A DNA stretch of 64,000 nt from Candidatus Poribacteria bacterium (GCA_965205025.1 CBDBFU010000002.1:128001-192000), one strand, 5' to 3'. Positions 49,518-60,017 are shown, counted from the first letter of the stretch. Notes: a model not told the origin generated them from the sequence alone. A program made the numbers and translations.

Positions 49518-51722
49518 TTATTGAAGTCGGATTGCATCCCGTACGAGACCAATTAGTTCGTCTTGCTGTGGTGTGCGTTGACTTGTAAATGGGAAAAGCC
49601 CTTCAAGTGTCTGTTCAACAGCGTTTAAACTCCCGTTTTGTGCCCAATAACTTCTGCGAAGGATTTCTGCGAATTCAGCTACAGATGCTGCAAGTTGAAA
49701 TGAGGTGGATGCTTCTTCAAATGTTTCTTTAATTTCATTTGCAAAAATATCCTGACTAACTTCTGTAACAATACGAGTATCCGGATCTTCGTGTCGGATG
49801 AAAACAGTTGCGAGTTTACCGACAACCTGCTCAGTTTGCAGTTTAATTTCATAGAGAGCGGTCACACTATGTCCTGAACCGATTTCACCTGCGTCTACAC
49901 TGTCATCCCTGAAATCCTCCTGTCTAAGTCGGCGATTCTCATACCCGATCAACCGAAAGCGACTTACAGTCTGAGGATTGAATTCAACCTGAACTTTAGC
50001 ATCTTTTGCAATGACTTGCAGTGTCCCAGTCAAATTTTCTACAAAGACACGTTTGGCTTCTTTGAGTGTATCCACATAGGCGTAGGTCCCGTTTCCTTTA
50101 TTCGCCAGTTGCTCCATAAGAACATCGTTAAAATTCCCCATACCAAATCCGACTGTTGTCAGATAAATGCCATCTTTAACATAGTTCTCAATTTCAGCAA
50201 GGATTGCATCTGGTCCCGTGTGTCCAACATTCGCAACGCCATCTGAACAGAGAATCACACGGTTGATGTAATCTGGGTTAAAATTCTGAATTGCGAGTTG
50301 GTATCCTAATCGTAATCCATCTTCTGCATTTGTTGCCCCACCGGGATATAGGGAATTGATTGCAGCCAGTATGTGTTCTCGATTCACATTTCGCGTATGT
50401 GGTAGAACAACACTGGCGGTGGAACCGTATACAACGATACCTATCTCATCCTCTGGACGAAGTTCGTCAACAAGTAGCGTTAATGCCTGTTTTACCAATT
50501 CTAATCGGTTTTCCCTATTCATTGAACCTGAAATATCAATCACAAATGTTAGTTTAGCGTTTTTCCTATCTGCGTCTGGAACAACGTAACCTTGAATCCC
50601 AATTCGCAACAATTGTAGCCGTTTTCCCTCTCCGAATTTGGAAGGAGCACTTTCAAGATGTATAGCAAATGTTTCATCAGTGGGTGGTGTATAATTGTAA
50701 TCAAATGCGTTTACAAATTCCTCAACGCGCACTGCCTCTGGGGGTGGTAGGTTTCCATCTCGAAGGTAACGACGTAGGATAGAATAGGACGCGGTATCTA
50801 CATCCATTCCAAACGTCGAAAAAGCTTCATCCTCTGTATCAATAAACGGATTGGTACCATGTGCCTGAAAGAAAACATCGTCGTAAGCAGCACTATTCGG
50901 TGGGTTCAACACAATACCATCCGGATTTATTATAGGAGGAGTTGGAATTGAAGGAGGAGTTGGTATTGTAGCAACTAAACCAGTATCGGCAGGTTCCGCA
51001 ACCGTTGCTTCGATATCATATTCAATTTCTGGAATTACATCAAGCACTTCATGCTTAGGAACTGGAATCTTCTGTCCAAAATATTTGGCGACAAGAATCA
51101 AGTCCAAAATGTTGACGACTCCATCAGCATTGACATCAGTACGTGGATTTTCTAATGAAGGGGTTCCAAAGTTATTTGCTATCAGTGTCAAATCCTGGAT
51201 ATTTACAATATCATCTTGGTTTACATCTGCAGCGAGTAAAGCAGTAATCACAATCATTCCATCTATAGTTGTAACTGGTAACAACATCCCATTACTATCA
51301 AATAGAGATACCATCAGTAAAAGAATTGGAGAGGGTTTAACGGATACTACTTCAAAATTTAATGTCGCAAGTGCTCCGTTTTCAGCAGATGCACCATCTG
51401 GCGTTGAAGTCGCAGCTAATAAAACACTATCCCCTGTATTTAACAATGTAGAGGTAAAGGTCTTTGTAGGAAAGTGATCCGCATTTGCACTATCAACATA
51501 ACGAAGAGCAGTTGGATCAAATCCAATGACTAATTTATAACCCACAACGTCTTTACCACCTGTGATCTGAATGTTGATTTGCATCTGTTCTCCGGCTGCT
51601 GGAGACATAATTGTTTCTGGGTATACAGAAACGACAGTCTCACCGAAACCAGGACTTGCGAATGTGAGTCCGACAAAAACAAGAAAACAGAAAAAAAGGA
51701 TGTTCTTAAATATATTATTCAT
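49518..51722 (-). CDS. Secreted cohesin + dockerin + VWA (YfbK/DUF3520-type) protein
   Basis: Signal peptide; cohesin-like (FDPTALRY..GALATLNFEV); dockerin DVNQDDIVNIQDL / DVNADGVVNILDL; STFGMDVDTASY, DISGSM MIDAS, RLIGYENR, DAGEIGSGH. Confidence 0.85.
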   Translation of the reverse strand: MNNIFKNILFFCFLVFVGLTFASPGFGETVVSVYPETIMSPAAGEQMQINIQITGGKDVVGYKLVIGFDPTALRYVDSANADHFPTKTFTSTLLNTGDSVLLAATSTPDGASAENGALATLNFEVVSVKPSPILLLMVSLFDSNGMLLPVTTIDGMIVITALLAADVNQDDIVNIQDLTLIANNFGTPSLENPRTDVNADGVVNILDLILVAKYFGQKIPVPKHEVLDVIPEIEYDIEATVAEPADTGLVATIPTPPSIPTPPIINPDGIVLNPPNSAAYDDVFFQAHGTNPFIDTEDEAFSTFGMDVDTASYSILRRYLRDGNLPPPEAVRVEEFVNAFDYNYTPPTDETFAIHLESAPSKFGEGKRLQLLRIGIQGYVVPDADRKNAKLTFVIDISGSMNRENRLELVKQALTLLVDELRPEDEIGIVVYGSTASVVLPHTRNVNREHILAAINSLYPGGATNAEDGLRLGYQLAIQNFNPDYINRVILCSDGVANVGHTGPDAILAEIENYVKDGIYLTTVGFGMGNFNDVLMEQLANKGNGTYAYVDTLKEAKRVFVENLTGTLQVIAKDAKVQVEFNPQTVSRFRLIGYENRRLRQEDFRDDSVDAGEIGSGHSVTALYEIKLQTEQVVGKLATVFIRHEDPDTRIVTEVSQDIFANEIKETFEEASTSFQLAASVAEFAEILRRSYWAQNGSLNAVEQTLEGLFPFTSQRTPQQDELIGLVRDAIRLQ

Positions 51723-51773
51723 TAATCGTATTCTACCTATTATAATATTTGTGATTTAGATGCACCTGAGTAT

Positions 51774-52991
51774 TTAGAGAAGGTGCCCGAGTTTGGTACG
51801 TTTCGTTTGTAGATAATGTTTATTATGTGAGTTGGGAGTAGTTTGCAATGGGATTTGTTCAACGATTTCCAAGCCGTACCCGGATAATCCTTTGACTTTG
51901 TGAGGATTGTTCGTCATCAGTCGCATTTTTTTGACCCCTAAATCAACGAGAATTTGCGCCCCTATACCGTAGTCGCGCAAATCTGGTGGAAACCCAAGGC
52001 GTTCGTTCGCTTCAACAGTGTCCAACCCTTCATTATCTTGAAGATGATACGCCCGAATCTTGTTTTTAAGTCCCATGCCTCTACCTTCTTGTCGCATATA
52101 TAGTAATACACCTCTTCCCTCTTTCTCTATATTTCCAAGGGCAATTTGGAGTTGCTCACCACAATCACAACGGAGTGAACCGAAAACATCGCCGGTTAAA
52201 CATTGCGAATGCACCCGAACTAAAATAGGTCCTTCATCAGCAATTATGCCTTTCGTTAAAGCAACGTGTGTGTCAGCTGGTTCCCCTGGTGTTGGAACCC
52301 CATCAACGTTGCTCTCATAAGCGTGAAGTTTAAATTCTCCTTGTTCAGTAGGGATTGTGGCTGTTGAAACCTTTTTAATAAGCGTTTCGGTGTGTCTACG
52401 ATATGCGATAAGGTCTGAAATAGTAATAATCTTTAGATTATGTTTCTGTGCAAATTCGATTAATTCTGGTACGCGCGCCATTGTTCCATCATCATTGAGT
52501 ACTTCACATAAAACACCTGCGGGATAGAGACCTGCGAGTCGTGCTAAATCGACTGTAGCCTCTGTATGTCCAGCGCGTCGGAGTACGCCTCCGGGTTGTG
52601 CTTCAAGTGGAAAGATATGTCCGGGTCTAACAAAATCGGATGGTACAGCATCTTCATCTACAAATTTGCGTATGGTAAAAGCACGTTCCTGTGCAGAAAT
52701 TCCGGTGGTAACTTCTTTGGCATCAATTGTCACAGTGAATGCGGTTTGCATCTGTGCGGTGTTATCCATCACCATGGGATTAAGCTGAAGTTCTGCGAGG
52801 CGTTCTGTACATGTTGGGAGACATATAAGTCCGCGCCCGTATTTTGCCATGAAGTTGATGGACTCGGCAGTCACCTTTTCGGCAGCCATAATGAGATCAC
52901 CTTCATTTTCGCGATCCGGTTCATCAACAACAATGATCATTTCTCCATCTTTAATGGCAGAAAGGGCATCAGGGATAGTACTAAAATTCAT
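51774..52991 (-). CDS. ribBA: Bifunctional DHBP synthase / GTP cyclohydrolase II
   Basis: [56 protein letters not shown]. Confidence 0.96.
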   Translation of the reverse strand: MNFSTIPDALSAIKDGEMIIVVDEPDRENEGDLIMAAEKVTAESINFMAKYGRGLICLPTCTERLAELQLNPMVMDNTAQMQTAFTVTIDAKEVTTGISAQERAFTIRKFVDEDAVPSDFVRPGHIFPLEAQPGGVLRRAGHTEATVDLARLAGLYPAGVLCEVLNDDGTMARVPELIEFAQKHNLKIITISDLIAYRRHTETLIKKVSTATIPTEQGEFKLHAYESNVDGVPTPGEPADTHVALTKGIIADEGPILVRVHSQCLTGDVFGSLRCDCGEQLQIALGNIEKEGRGVLLYMRQEGRGMGLKNKIRAYHLQDNEGLDTVEANERLGFPPDLRDYGIGAQILVDLGVKKMRLMTNNPHKVKGLSGYGLEIVEQIPLQTTPNSHNKHYLQTKRTKLGHLL

Positions 52992-53014
52992 AATGTAGTC
53001 TCGCCTTCGTTTCT

Positions 53015-53659
53015 TTAACCGTAACCATGTTTTTGTAAAAATTCTAAATCTAAAGTCTTTGGGGGTGTCACTTGGTTTCGCATTAGTGTTTCAACGTATC
53101 GTGCCATTACATCAACTTCTATGTTCACAACGTCACCAGGTTGCTTTTCACCAAAGGTTGTAACTTGTAAGGTATGTGGAATTAGCGCGACTTCAAATTT
53201 ATCTTCAAGAACGTTTGCTATTGTAAGACTTACACCATCAACAGAAATTGAACCTTTATATGCAATATAAGGCTTTACACTTTCGCCTACAGTAACCCCC
53301 ATGATTACTGATGTGCCTTCGTGTATCCATCCACTGATAGTAGCTACTTCATCAATATGTCCTAATACCAAATGTCCACCAAGTCGGTCTTCTAATCGTA
53401 GGGAGCGTTCCAGATTTACCTGTGTGCCAACTTTACAGGAGCGTAAGGTGGTTTTGCGACAGGTTTCTTCACTGATATCAGCAATAAATCCATCCGTTTC
53501 AAGTTCTCGAACAGTAAGGCAAGGTCCGTTAACAGCAATACTATCCCCAATTTTGGTATCTTCAAGAATAGTTTGTGCGTTGATCTTAACAGTTACGCCG
53601 CTGGATTGTGTATGTATTTGAGAAATCGTACCAATTTCCTCAATTATCCCTGTAAACAT
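53015..53659 (-). CDS. ribE: Riboflavin synthase alpha chain
   Basis: [44 protein letters not shown]. Confidence 0.95.
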   Translation of the reverse strand: MFTGIIEEIGTISQIHTQSSGVTVKINAQTILEDTKIGDSIAVNGPCLTVRELETDGFIADISEETCRKTTLRSCKVGTQVNLERSLRLEDRLGGHLVLGHIDEVATISGWIHEGTSVIMGVTVGESVKPYIAYKGSISVDGVSLTIANVLEDKFEVALIPHTLQVTTFGEKQPGDVVNIEVDVMARYVETLMRNQVTPPKTLDLEFLQKHGYG

Positions 53660-54762
53660 TTCTTAGTGATATATCCTTCAATCAGTAAGTCATTGTCAAG
53701 TTGTGTGACTGAAAGCCTTTGTAGTTCAGGAGCATCTATTAATCGCTTAATTCCATCTCCATTTATTATTCCTGGAGCCTTTCTTCCGCCAATGATTTTT
53801 GGAGCAATAAAACACATGACTTTATCCACCTCACCTGATTCTAATACACTTGCATTAACTTTTCCACCACCCTCGACTAACACACTTGTTATACCTCGTG
53901 CTCCTAATGTTTGCATCAAGGTTTTAAAACAGACCCGTCCGTCTTTGTCGGGAATGACAATTACTTCAGCATGCCTCTCTTTGAGTTGAGCGATCTTTTC
54001 TTTCGGTGCATGTGGTGTAACAGCGATGATTACCTCTGCCAGACTATTGGGATTGATAACTCTTGCCGTTAAAGGTGTTCGTGCATGCGAATCTAAAACT
54101 ATCCGTATTGGATCTTTTCCCTTCTTATTTGGGAGTCTCGTGGTTAGAACAGGATCATCGCTTAGAATTGTTCCAATACCGACAATAATGGCATCTACTT
54201 GATCCCGTATTTCATGTGCCTTTTCACGTGATGCTTCCGATGTAATCCATTGCGATTCACCCGTCGAAGTTGCGATTTTACCATCAAGACTCATCGCCGT
54301 TTTTAATATGACAAACGGGTATCCAGTGGAAATATGTTTAATATAGACTTCATTCAGAGTTTCCGCAGCTTCGGCACATACGCCTACGGCGGTCTTTATA
54401 CCTGCCGCCTCTAACTCTTTTATACCCTTTCCTGCAACTTTTGGATTTGGATCTAAATGTGCGAGATAAACATTGGCAATTCCAGATTTGATGATCGCAT
54501 TTGTGCAAGGAGGTGTTCGTCCCCAATGGCAACATGGTTCAAGGTTGACATAGAGAGTTGCACCTTGTGCATTCTCTCCCGCTGCATCTAAAGCGTGAAT
54601 TTCGGCATGTGGTCCACCGGCTTTTTTATGATACCCTTCAGCTATTATCTTTCCGTCCTTAACGACCACTGCACCGACAAGCGGATTTGGACTTGTACGT
54701 CCTTTTGCTAACTCTGCTAATGTAAGTGCGCGATTCATAAAGGTAATGTGCGACTCGTTCAT
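53644..54762 (-). CDS. ribD: Riboflavin deaminase/reductase
   Basis: PNPLVGAV, HAE, LEPCCHWGRTPPC, SLDGKIA, VEGG. Confidence 0.96.
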   Translation of the reverse strand: MNESHITFMNRALTLAELAKGRTSPNPLVGAVVVKDGKIIAEGYHKKAGGPHAEIHALDAAGENAQGATLYVNLEPCCHWGRTPPCTNAIIKSGIANVYLAHLDPNPKVAGKGIKELEAAGIKTAVGVCAEAAETLNEVYIKHISTGYPFVILKTAMSLDGKIATSTGESQWITSEASREKAHEIRDQVDAIIVGIGTILSDDPVLTTRLPNKKGKDPIRIVLDSHARTPLTARVINPNSLAEVIIAVTPHAPKEKIAQLKERHAEVIVIPDKDGRVCFKTLMQTLGARGITSVLVEGGGKVNASVLESGEVDKVMCFIAPKIIGGRKAPGIINGDGIKRLIDAPELQRLSVTQLDNDLLIEGYITKKCLQG

Positions 54763-54997
54763 TGTACTGCTTCACCTACAATGCTGTACGCGTCTTATAG
54801 TATACCACACATTCAGCGTAATTCAAAATCATTTGTCCACTGTGGGTATGTAAAGTTTTTAGCATGAATATCACGGAATCATAGGGTTCTTTTTCCTTGG
54901 CATATATTATATTGAACCAAGGGTAATTGTTCCGTAAATTTATTGTTTTTTAGCGATCCACATGTGTAATATAATTATTATTTATATGTTTAAATTG

Positions 54998-55340
54998 TTA
55001 CACTTTTTGTCACATGGTGTGACATTGATAAAACCTCTATCCCGTCAGTACTATACTATGTTTATAGCCATTTTTTTAAGGTTACGAGAATTTGTCAAAA
55101 TGACGGATTTGTGTCTTTTTCTATTCTCCTCATCCATTGAAATCGGATCGTATAAACGTGAAATATCTTAACAGTCAATTTTGACAAGATATTCGAGTTT
55201 ATCTCATAAATCATAGATTTGGAGGATTCATCGATCTTGCAATGTATAATATATTGAAAATTCGGACGGGGAGACCCCGTCCCTACGAAGAGGAACTGTA
55301 TTAATATGATACTCTGTAGTAAAATGAAAAAGTTACACTT
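54998..55340. repeat. Dispersed ~340-bp non-coding repeat, copy 2
   Basis: Colinear with 16434-16780; includes an intact REP GGACGGGGAGACCCCGTCCCTAC that is degenerate in copy 1. Confidence 0.75.
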
Positions 55341-55689
55341 TTCGTTACATGGTGTAACTTTGTAATATTGCTCTAATCCCTGTGGTGAACTGGGTTTATG
55401 ATAATTTTCTTGAAATTTAAGAATTTTGAGTTTTGTGTCATTTTCTGGTTTTACTGAATTTCCTGACCACTGAAACCATTCGCTATTTTTTCTATGTCTT
55501 ATTGTATTTTTATGAAGATTTTGGATTTTCATTTTTCCTCTTCCTATTTATTGCTCTATCTTCATTCTGTAGATGTGAATTCTGTTTAGTGTGTATCTCA
55601 TATCTAAAGACACACGGGTATCTTCAATAGACCTGTCTACGAGATGTTTATAGAAAATCATACGTCTAATGAGAACTCCACCTATATGT

Positions 55690-56085
55690 TGATATAGACA
55701 TTCCGTCCCTACGGGACTCATTCGCTTAATTGATCCGTTTTCTATAGACATTCCGTCCCTACGGGACTCAAAACCAATAAATCATAGTCTAAATTGACGC
55801 TAATGAATCAACGGTATGAATGGTATTTAGCATTCCCCGTGGTTAGGAAACCGCCAAATCAAGAAATCAACGGTATGAATGCTATATAAAGATTAATTAT
55901 TTAATTCGGTAGTTTTGGAGAAATATTCAGTGCGGTTAGGAAACCGCACCTACCGGGTTTGGGAAAATTAGGATTATAGAACTATTTATTTAATCCTCAT
56001 ATAGCATTCCCCACCTAACGGGTTGGAAAATTAGAATTACCGAAATATTTACTTAATCCTCATACAGTTTGTGGTACATTAAAGA
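55690..56085 (+). repeat. REP / micro-element / MITE composite
   Basis: 2x CGTCCCTACGGGACTCA; micro-elements at 55805 and 55855; 115-bp MITE (55886-56000) inside the loop of the second. Confidence 0.8.
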
Positions 56086-56297
56086 GACAATATTGGTAGT
56101 AAATATTTTTACAACACATTTTTTTCAGCAACATGTTTTAAACTGCTCTAAAGTCAGTCCCAGAAAGGTTTTTTTAGAAATACCTAAAAAATGTTAGTTT
56201 TTTTTATTTTTTAGAAAATTCATACTCTGTTCTTGTTTGAAGTGTTCTAAACCCTGTTCTGGTATAGGTTTGTAGGGGCATGAAATTTCGATTTTCT

Positions 56298-56336
56298 TTT
56301 TACAACTGTTGTAAAACTTTTACAACAGTTGTAAAA
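56298..56336. promoter_or_regulatory. Two tandem perfect palindromes TTTTACAAC-W-GTTGTAAAA (operator-like)
   Basis: 56298-56316 and 56318-56336, 20-bp period. Confidence 0.4.
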
Positions 56337-56660
56337 CTTTCATGACTACATTCTATGCTATACTTTTCCTGTAATACATATAGTAACATAATAAAAACAC
56401 ATGTGTCAAGTATAATGTTGTTTTATGTGATACAATTTCACAATATATTTACTTTTGTTATTTATTTTTCGCTATAATTTCAATTAGTTTATATGTTTAG
56501 TTGTGTTATGGTTTGGTTTTCTTCAATATTTTTTCATTTATTTTTTGTTATTATATTCTTTGTATTATTTTCTATGTGTTAATCCACTTCTTTTGGATTA
56601 TGGGTGATGGGGTTTCGGATGATGAATAGGAGGGTGGAAGGAATGAATAGTTGTTGAATT

Positions 56661-57170
56661 CTACAGAATCTGCAGGTCTTTGTCTGTGTTTAAGGACTTT
56701 AAGCAGTCTATTAACTCAGTTTGATCTACCATGTCGAATTGGTGTGATCCGATATACATATATTGTATAATGCCTTGTTTGTCGATAATGAAGGTGGCGG
56801 GTCTTGCGATATTATATGCTTCAAAACTAAGCCAGTGGTAGACGCCATAACTTTTTATGACGTTTCGGTCTTTGTCAACTAAGAGTGGATAGGTAATTCC
56901 GTTGCGTTCTGCGTATCCGCGTAGTTCTCGAGGCCATTGACCAGCAATTGCTAATGGGGTTGCATTGTATTGTGCGTAATCGTCGGTGTGTTCCTGTATG
57001 GCAGTCAACTGACGGCGACTGTTTGGTCACCATGTACCTCGAAAAAAGACCAGTATTATGTGCTGATTCTCGCGGTAGGATGTGAGGGAAACTGTTTGTC
57101 TTCTATGGGAGGGGAGTGAGAATGGTGGGGCAGCATCGCCAATGTTGAGGATTTTGTTTTTGCGTGGCAT
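56661..57170 (-). CDS. AhpC/TSA (peroxiredoxin-like) probable selenoprotein, 169 aa, in-frame UGA at codon 48
   Basis: MPRKNKILNIGDAAPPFSL..VSL..ILVFFRGTW*PNSRRQL..YPLLVD..YGV..ARPATFIIDKQG; TGA at 57029-57027 occupies the catalytic Cys position. Confidence 0.8.
57002..57021 (-). promoter_or_regulatory. Candidate bacterial SECIS hairpin
   Basis: CAGTCG-CCGTCAGT-TGACTG stem-loop starting 5 nt after the UGA; G at the start of the apical loop. Confidence 0.4.
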
Positions 57171-57269
57171 GCGGGTATCTTATCAAACGATGTAGTCAAT
57201 GTCAAGTTTAGTACTATCATCTCAAAACAATAAATATTAACACTTTTTCATTCACATTATCCATACATC

Positions 57270-58412
57270 TTACATCAATTCAACAAATACCTCATTTGCC
57301 AAAAAGAGACCACGATCAGTAAGACGGAGATGGGTTTCCGTCTGTTCTAACAACTCTAAGTCCTTCCATTTTTGAATTACCTCTCCAAATTCTACATCAA
57401 TTGATTCACCGAAACGCAATGTATAATCCTTTATACAGATCCCCTCTCGCTTACGAAGTGATAACATAAGGGTTTCTGCTTTTTCTGCTTTCCCGGTAAG
57501 AACTTCAGTATCTGCAATCGGTTTCTTCAGTTCATTGAGTGTTTCAATATAGGGTGGTATCCCTTTTATGTTAGTATACCTTATACCATCAACATATCCA
57601 CACGCACCAACACCTAACCCTATATATTCTTGATTATTCCAATAGACTATGTTGTGATTCACTTCTCTGTTCGGTTTAGCAAAGTTGCAGATTTCATAGT
57701 GTGTATAGCCGTGTGCGATGAGGGTGTCAATTGTATATTGAAACATATCCGCTTCTGTGTCTTCGGATGGCATATTAAGCTGGTCAGTTTTCCACCGTTC
57801 GTAAAACGGTGTTGACGCTTCCATAACAAGATTATAGGCGGAGATATGTTCGGGTTGTAGAGAGATTGTTTCTGTTAATGTGTGTTGCCACATTTCCATT
57901 GTCTGATCTGGAAGAGCAAAGATTAAATCAATGTTGATATTATCGAAACCGAATTCGCGTGCCAAACGATAGCTATGGTGGAATTCTTCAACGGTATGGA
58001 TTCGTCCTAACTGGCGTAATACCTCATCCTGCATGGCTTGTAAGCCGAAACTCAATCGGTTAACACCCGAATCCATCATTACACCCAATTTTTCTGCATC
58101 GACTGTTCCTGGATTACATTCAACAGTGATCTCAACATCTGAACATAACTGGAATGTCGAACCTATATCGGAAAATAAACGTTCCAAACTGTTTGCTGAA
58201 AGGATTGAAGGTGTTCCACCGCCAATAAAGATTGTTTGTAATGGACTGGTTTGTGGTGAATAGATTTTCATCTCTGCACTAAGTGCATCTAAGTACGCTT
58301 TTGCTTGTTCTTTTTGGAAAGAGTAGGTATTGAATGCACAATAGTAGCATTTCGTTGTACAGAACGGAATGTGAATATATAAGGAGGTAGGCTTTTTAGG
58401 TCGGGTATTCAT
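57270..58412 (-). CDS. hemW: Radical SAM heme chaperone HemW (HemN-like)
   Basis: LYIHIPFCTTKCYYCAF, FIGGGTPS, YEICNFA, HNIVYW. Confidence 0.9.
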   Translation of the reverse strand: MNTRPKKPTSLYIHIPFCTTKCYYCAFNTYSFQKEQAKAYLDALSAEMKIYSPQTSPLQTIFIGGGTPSILSANSLERLFSDIGSTFQLCSDVEITVECNPGTVDAEKLGVMMDSGVNRLSFGLQAMQDEVLRQLGRIHTVEEFHHSYRLAREFGFDNINIDLIFALPDQTMEMWQHTLTETISLQPEHISAYNLVMEASTPFYERWKTDQLNMPSEDTEADMFQYTIDTLIAHGYTHYEICNFAKPNREVNHNIVYWNNQEYIGLGVGACGYVDGIRYTNIKGIPPYIETLNELKKPIADTEVLTGKAEKAETLMLSLRKREGICIKDYTLRFGESIDVEFGEVIQKWKDLELLEQTETHLRLTDRGLFLANEVFVELM

Positions 58413-58431
58413 CAGCGTTGGCTATTGATTG

Positions 58432-59547
58432 TTAGCTTTCAGAACTGGTATTGAATTTCAATCCAACTCTAATAGCTGAACCTTCATCGGCATAGGAAAA
58501 TGCTTCGTTTATATCGTTAAATGTGAAGGTGTCTGATATGATTTTATGGAACGGATATTTGTTTCGTGTACGGCTAAGGAAATCCAGAGCCCGTGGTATA
58601 ACCCACGGTTCATAAACGATGACACCACGTATTGTCTTGCTACATCGGACAATATTACCCGGATCTATTTCGGTTGGAAATCCGAGATTAATATTACCTA
58701 TCCATAAATAACGACCACCCCACCGGAGCATTTCAATTCCTTCAGCGAGTACACGGGGTGAACCTACAAATTCTGCTACAAGATCTGCACCAATACCCCC
58801 AGTCTGGTCAAGTACATAATTTACGCGTTCCTCTATTCCAATTTCATCTACATTTAAGGTATTGTCTGCTCCGAATTCTTGTGCAAGTGCAAGACGTCCA
58901 GGAAGTCGATCAAGGACAATTATTTTTCCAGCCCCCATCTCTCTTGTCACTGCGGTAGCATAAAGTCCTAATCCACCTGCGCCTTGAATGACAACCGTAT
59001 CTCCGATTGTAATACCTATCTGATTTAAACCATATATTACTTCCGATAATGCACAGTTAATAGGTGAAACGAGTTCATCTTCCAGATCATCAGGCACTTT
59101 AAACACCCAATGACCAGCTTTCATATAGTAGTATTCCCCGTAGGCACCATGAAAGTGCGGTGGTTGTTCACTGGAAACACCCAGCCAATCTCGGTACCGG
59201 TTAGGACATCCGGGTTTACCGTTAAGACACATCCAACAACGTTGACACGGTTTGAAGTAGGAATATACAATTCGATCCCCCTCTTCTAAGGTTTGTCCGA
59301 TACTATCAACGTTGACATTTCGTCCCATTTCTTCAATTGTACCGATCATTTCGTGCCCCAGAACTTGTGGGATACCACTTTCGATCTTCGGACCGTGTCC
59401 ACGCCAAAAATGTAAATCCGAACCGCATATATTTGCCATTCGGATTCGTACCAGTATGTCATCAGGTGTTACAGAAGGAATTGGGTATTCCCTAAATTCT
59501 AACGGGGTTTGAGGTTGTGAAAAGATGGCAACCCTACCAGTTTTCAT
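58432..59547 (-). CDS. Zinc-dependent alcohol dehydrogenase (MDR)
   Basis: CGSDLH, GHE, CQRCWMC..C, GAGGLG. Confidence 0.9.
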   Translation of the reverse strand: MKTGRVAIFSQPQTPLEFREYPIPSVTPDDILVRIRMANICGSDLHFWRGHGPKIESGIPQVLGHEMIGTIEEMGRNVNVDSIGQTLEEGDRIVYSYFKPCQRCWMCLNGKPGCPNRYRDWLGVSSEQPPHFHGAYGEYYYMKAGHWVFKVPDDLEDELVSPINCALSEVIYGLNQIGITIGDTVVIQGAGGLGLYATAVTREMGAGKIIVLDRLPGRLALAQEFGADNTLNVDEIGIEERVNYVLDQTGGIGADLVAEFVGSPRVLAEGIEMLRWGGRYLWIGNINLGFPTEIDPGNIVRCSKTIRGVIVYEPWVIPRALDFLSRTRNKYPFHKIISDTFTFNDINEAFSYADEGSAIRVGLKFNTSSES

Positions 59548-59594
59548 ACATTCTCCATATTCAGATATTTGTATTCCTCGTGTATCTTAGATCA

Positions 59595-60017
59595 TTAATA
59601 TTCATCAAAATTGACGACTTTCCACTGTCCATTTATATTTTCAGTAGTAATCACAACATTTCGAGAATGTGTTGTTGTACCATCTCTGCTTTTAATTGTT
59701 AATTTGTAGTTAAATAGTTCGTGTATTACCCCTTCAACCTCAGTTGATCTTTCTTTCCCAGTCTGTTGATAATCAATTTGTGGCATATCCGTGACAGGTT
59801 GATCCTGTGAACGTACCTCTTGCACTCGAGCGATTTCTGCCTGTAGTTTTTCCTCCGCGCGACCGGCACACAATTTGATGGATGCTCCTTGGTTTGCGTT
59901 CTTATAGTAGTTATAAATAAAATCTTCTGTTACACCTTGAGGGGTATTCCTATTTGAACAGGCAACGAAGATCAGGATTGTTAATATAGCATATCCAGAT
60001 ATTCTGTATTTATTCAT
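59595..60017 (-). CDS. Lipoprotein (NTF2-like/DUF4878-like)
   Basis: Lipobox VAC; TP..V...F..Y; ..NGQWKV end. Confidence 0.6.
   Translation of the reverse strand: MNKYRISGYAILTILIFVACSNRNTPQGVTEDFIYNYYKNANQGASIKLCAGRAEEKLQAEIARVQEVRSQDQPVTDMPQIDYQQTGKERSTEVEGVIHELFNYKLTIKSRDGTTTHSRNVVITTENINGQWKVVNFDEY

Noticed and set aside
54763-54990. FMN riboswitch ahead of ribD
   Set aside because: No RFN consensus visible upstream on the minus strand.
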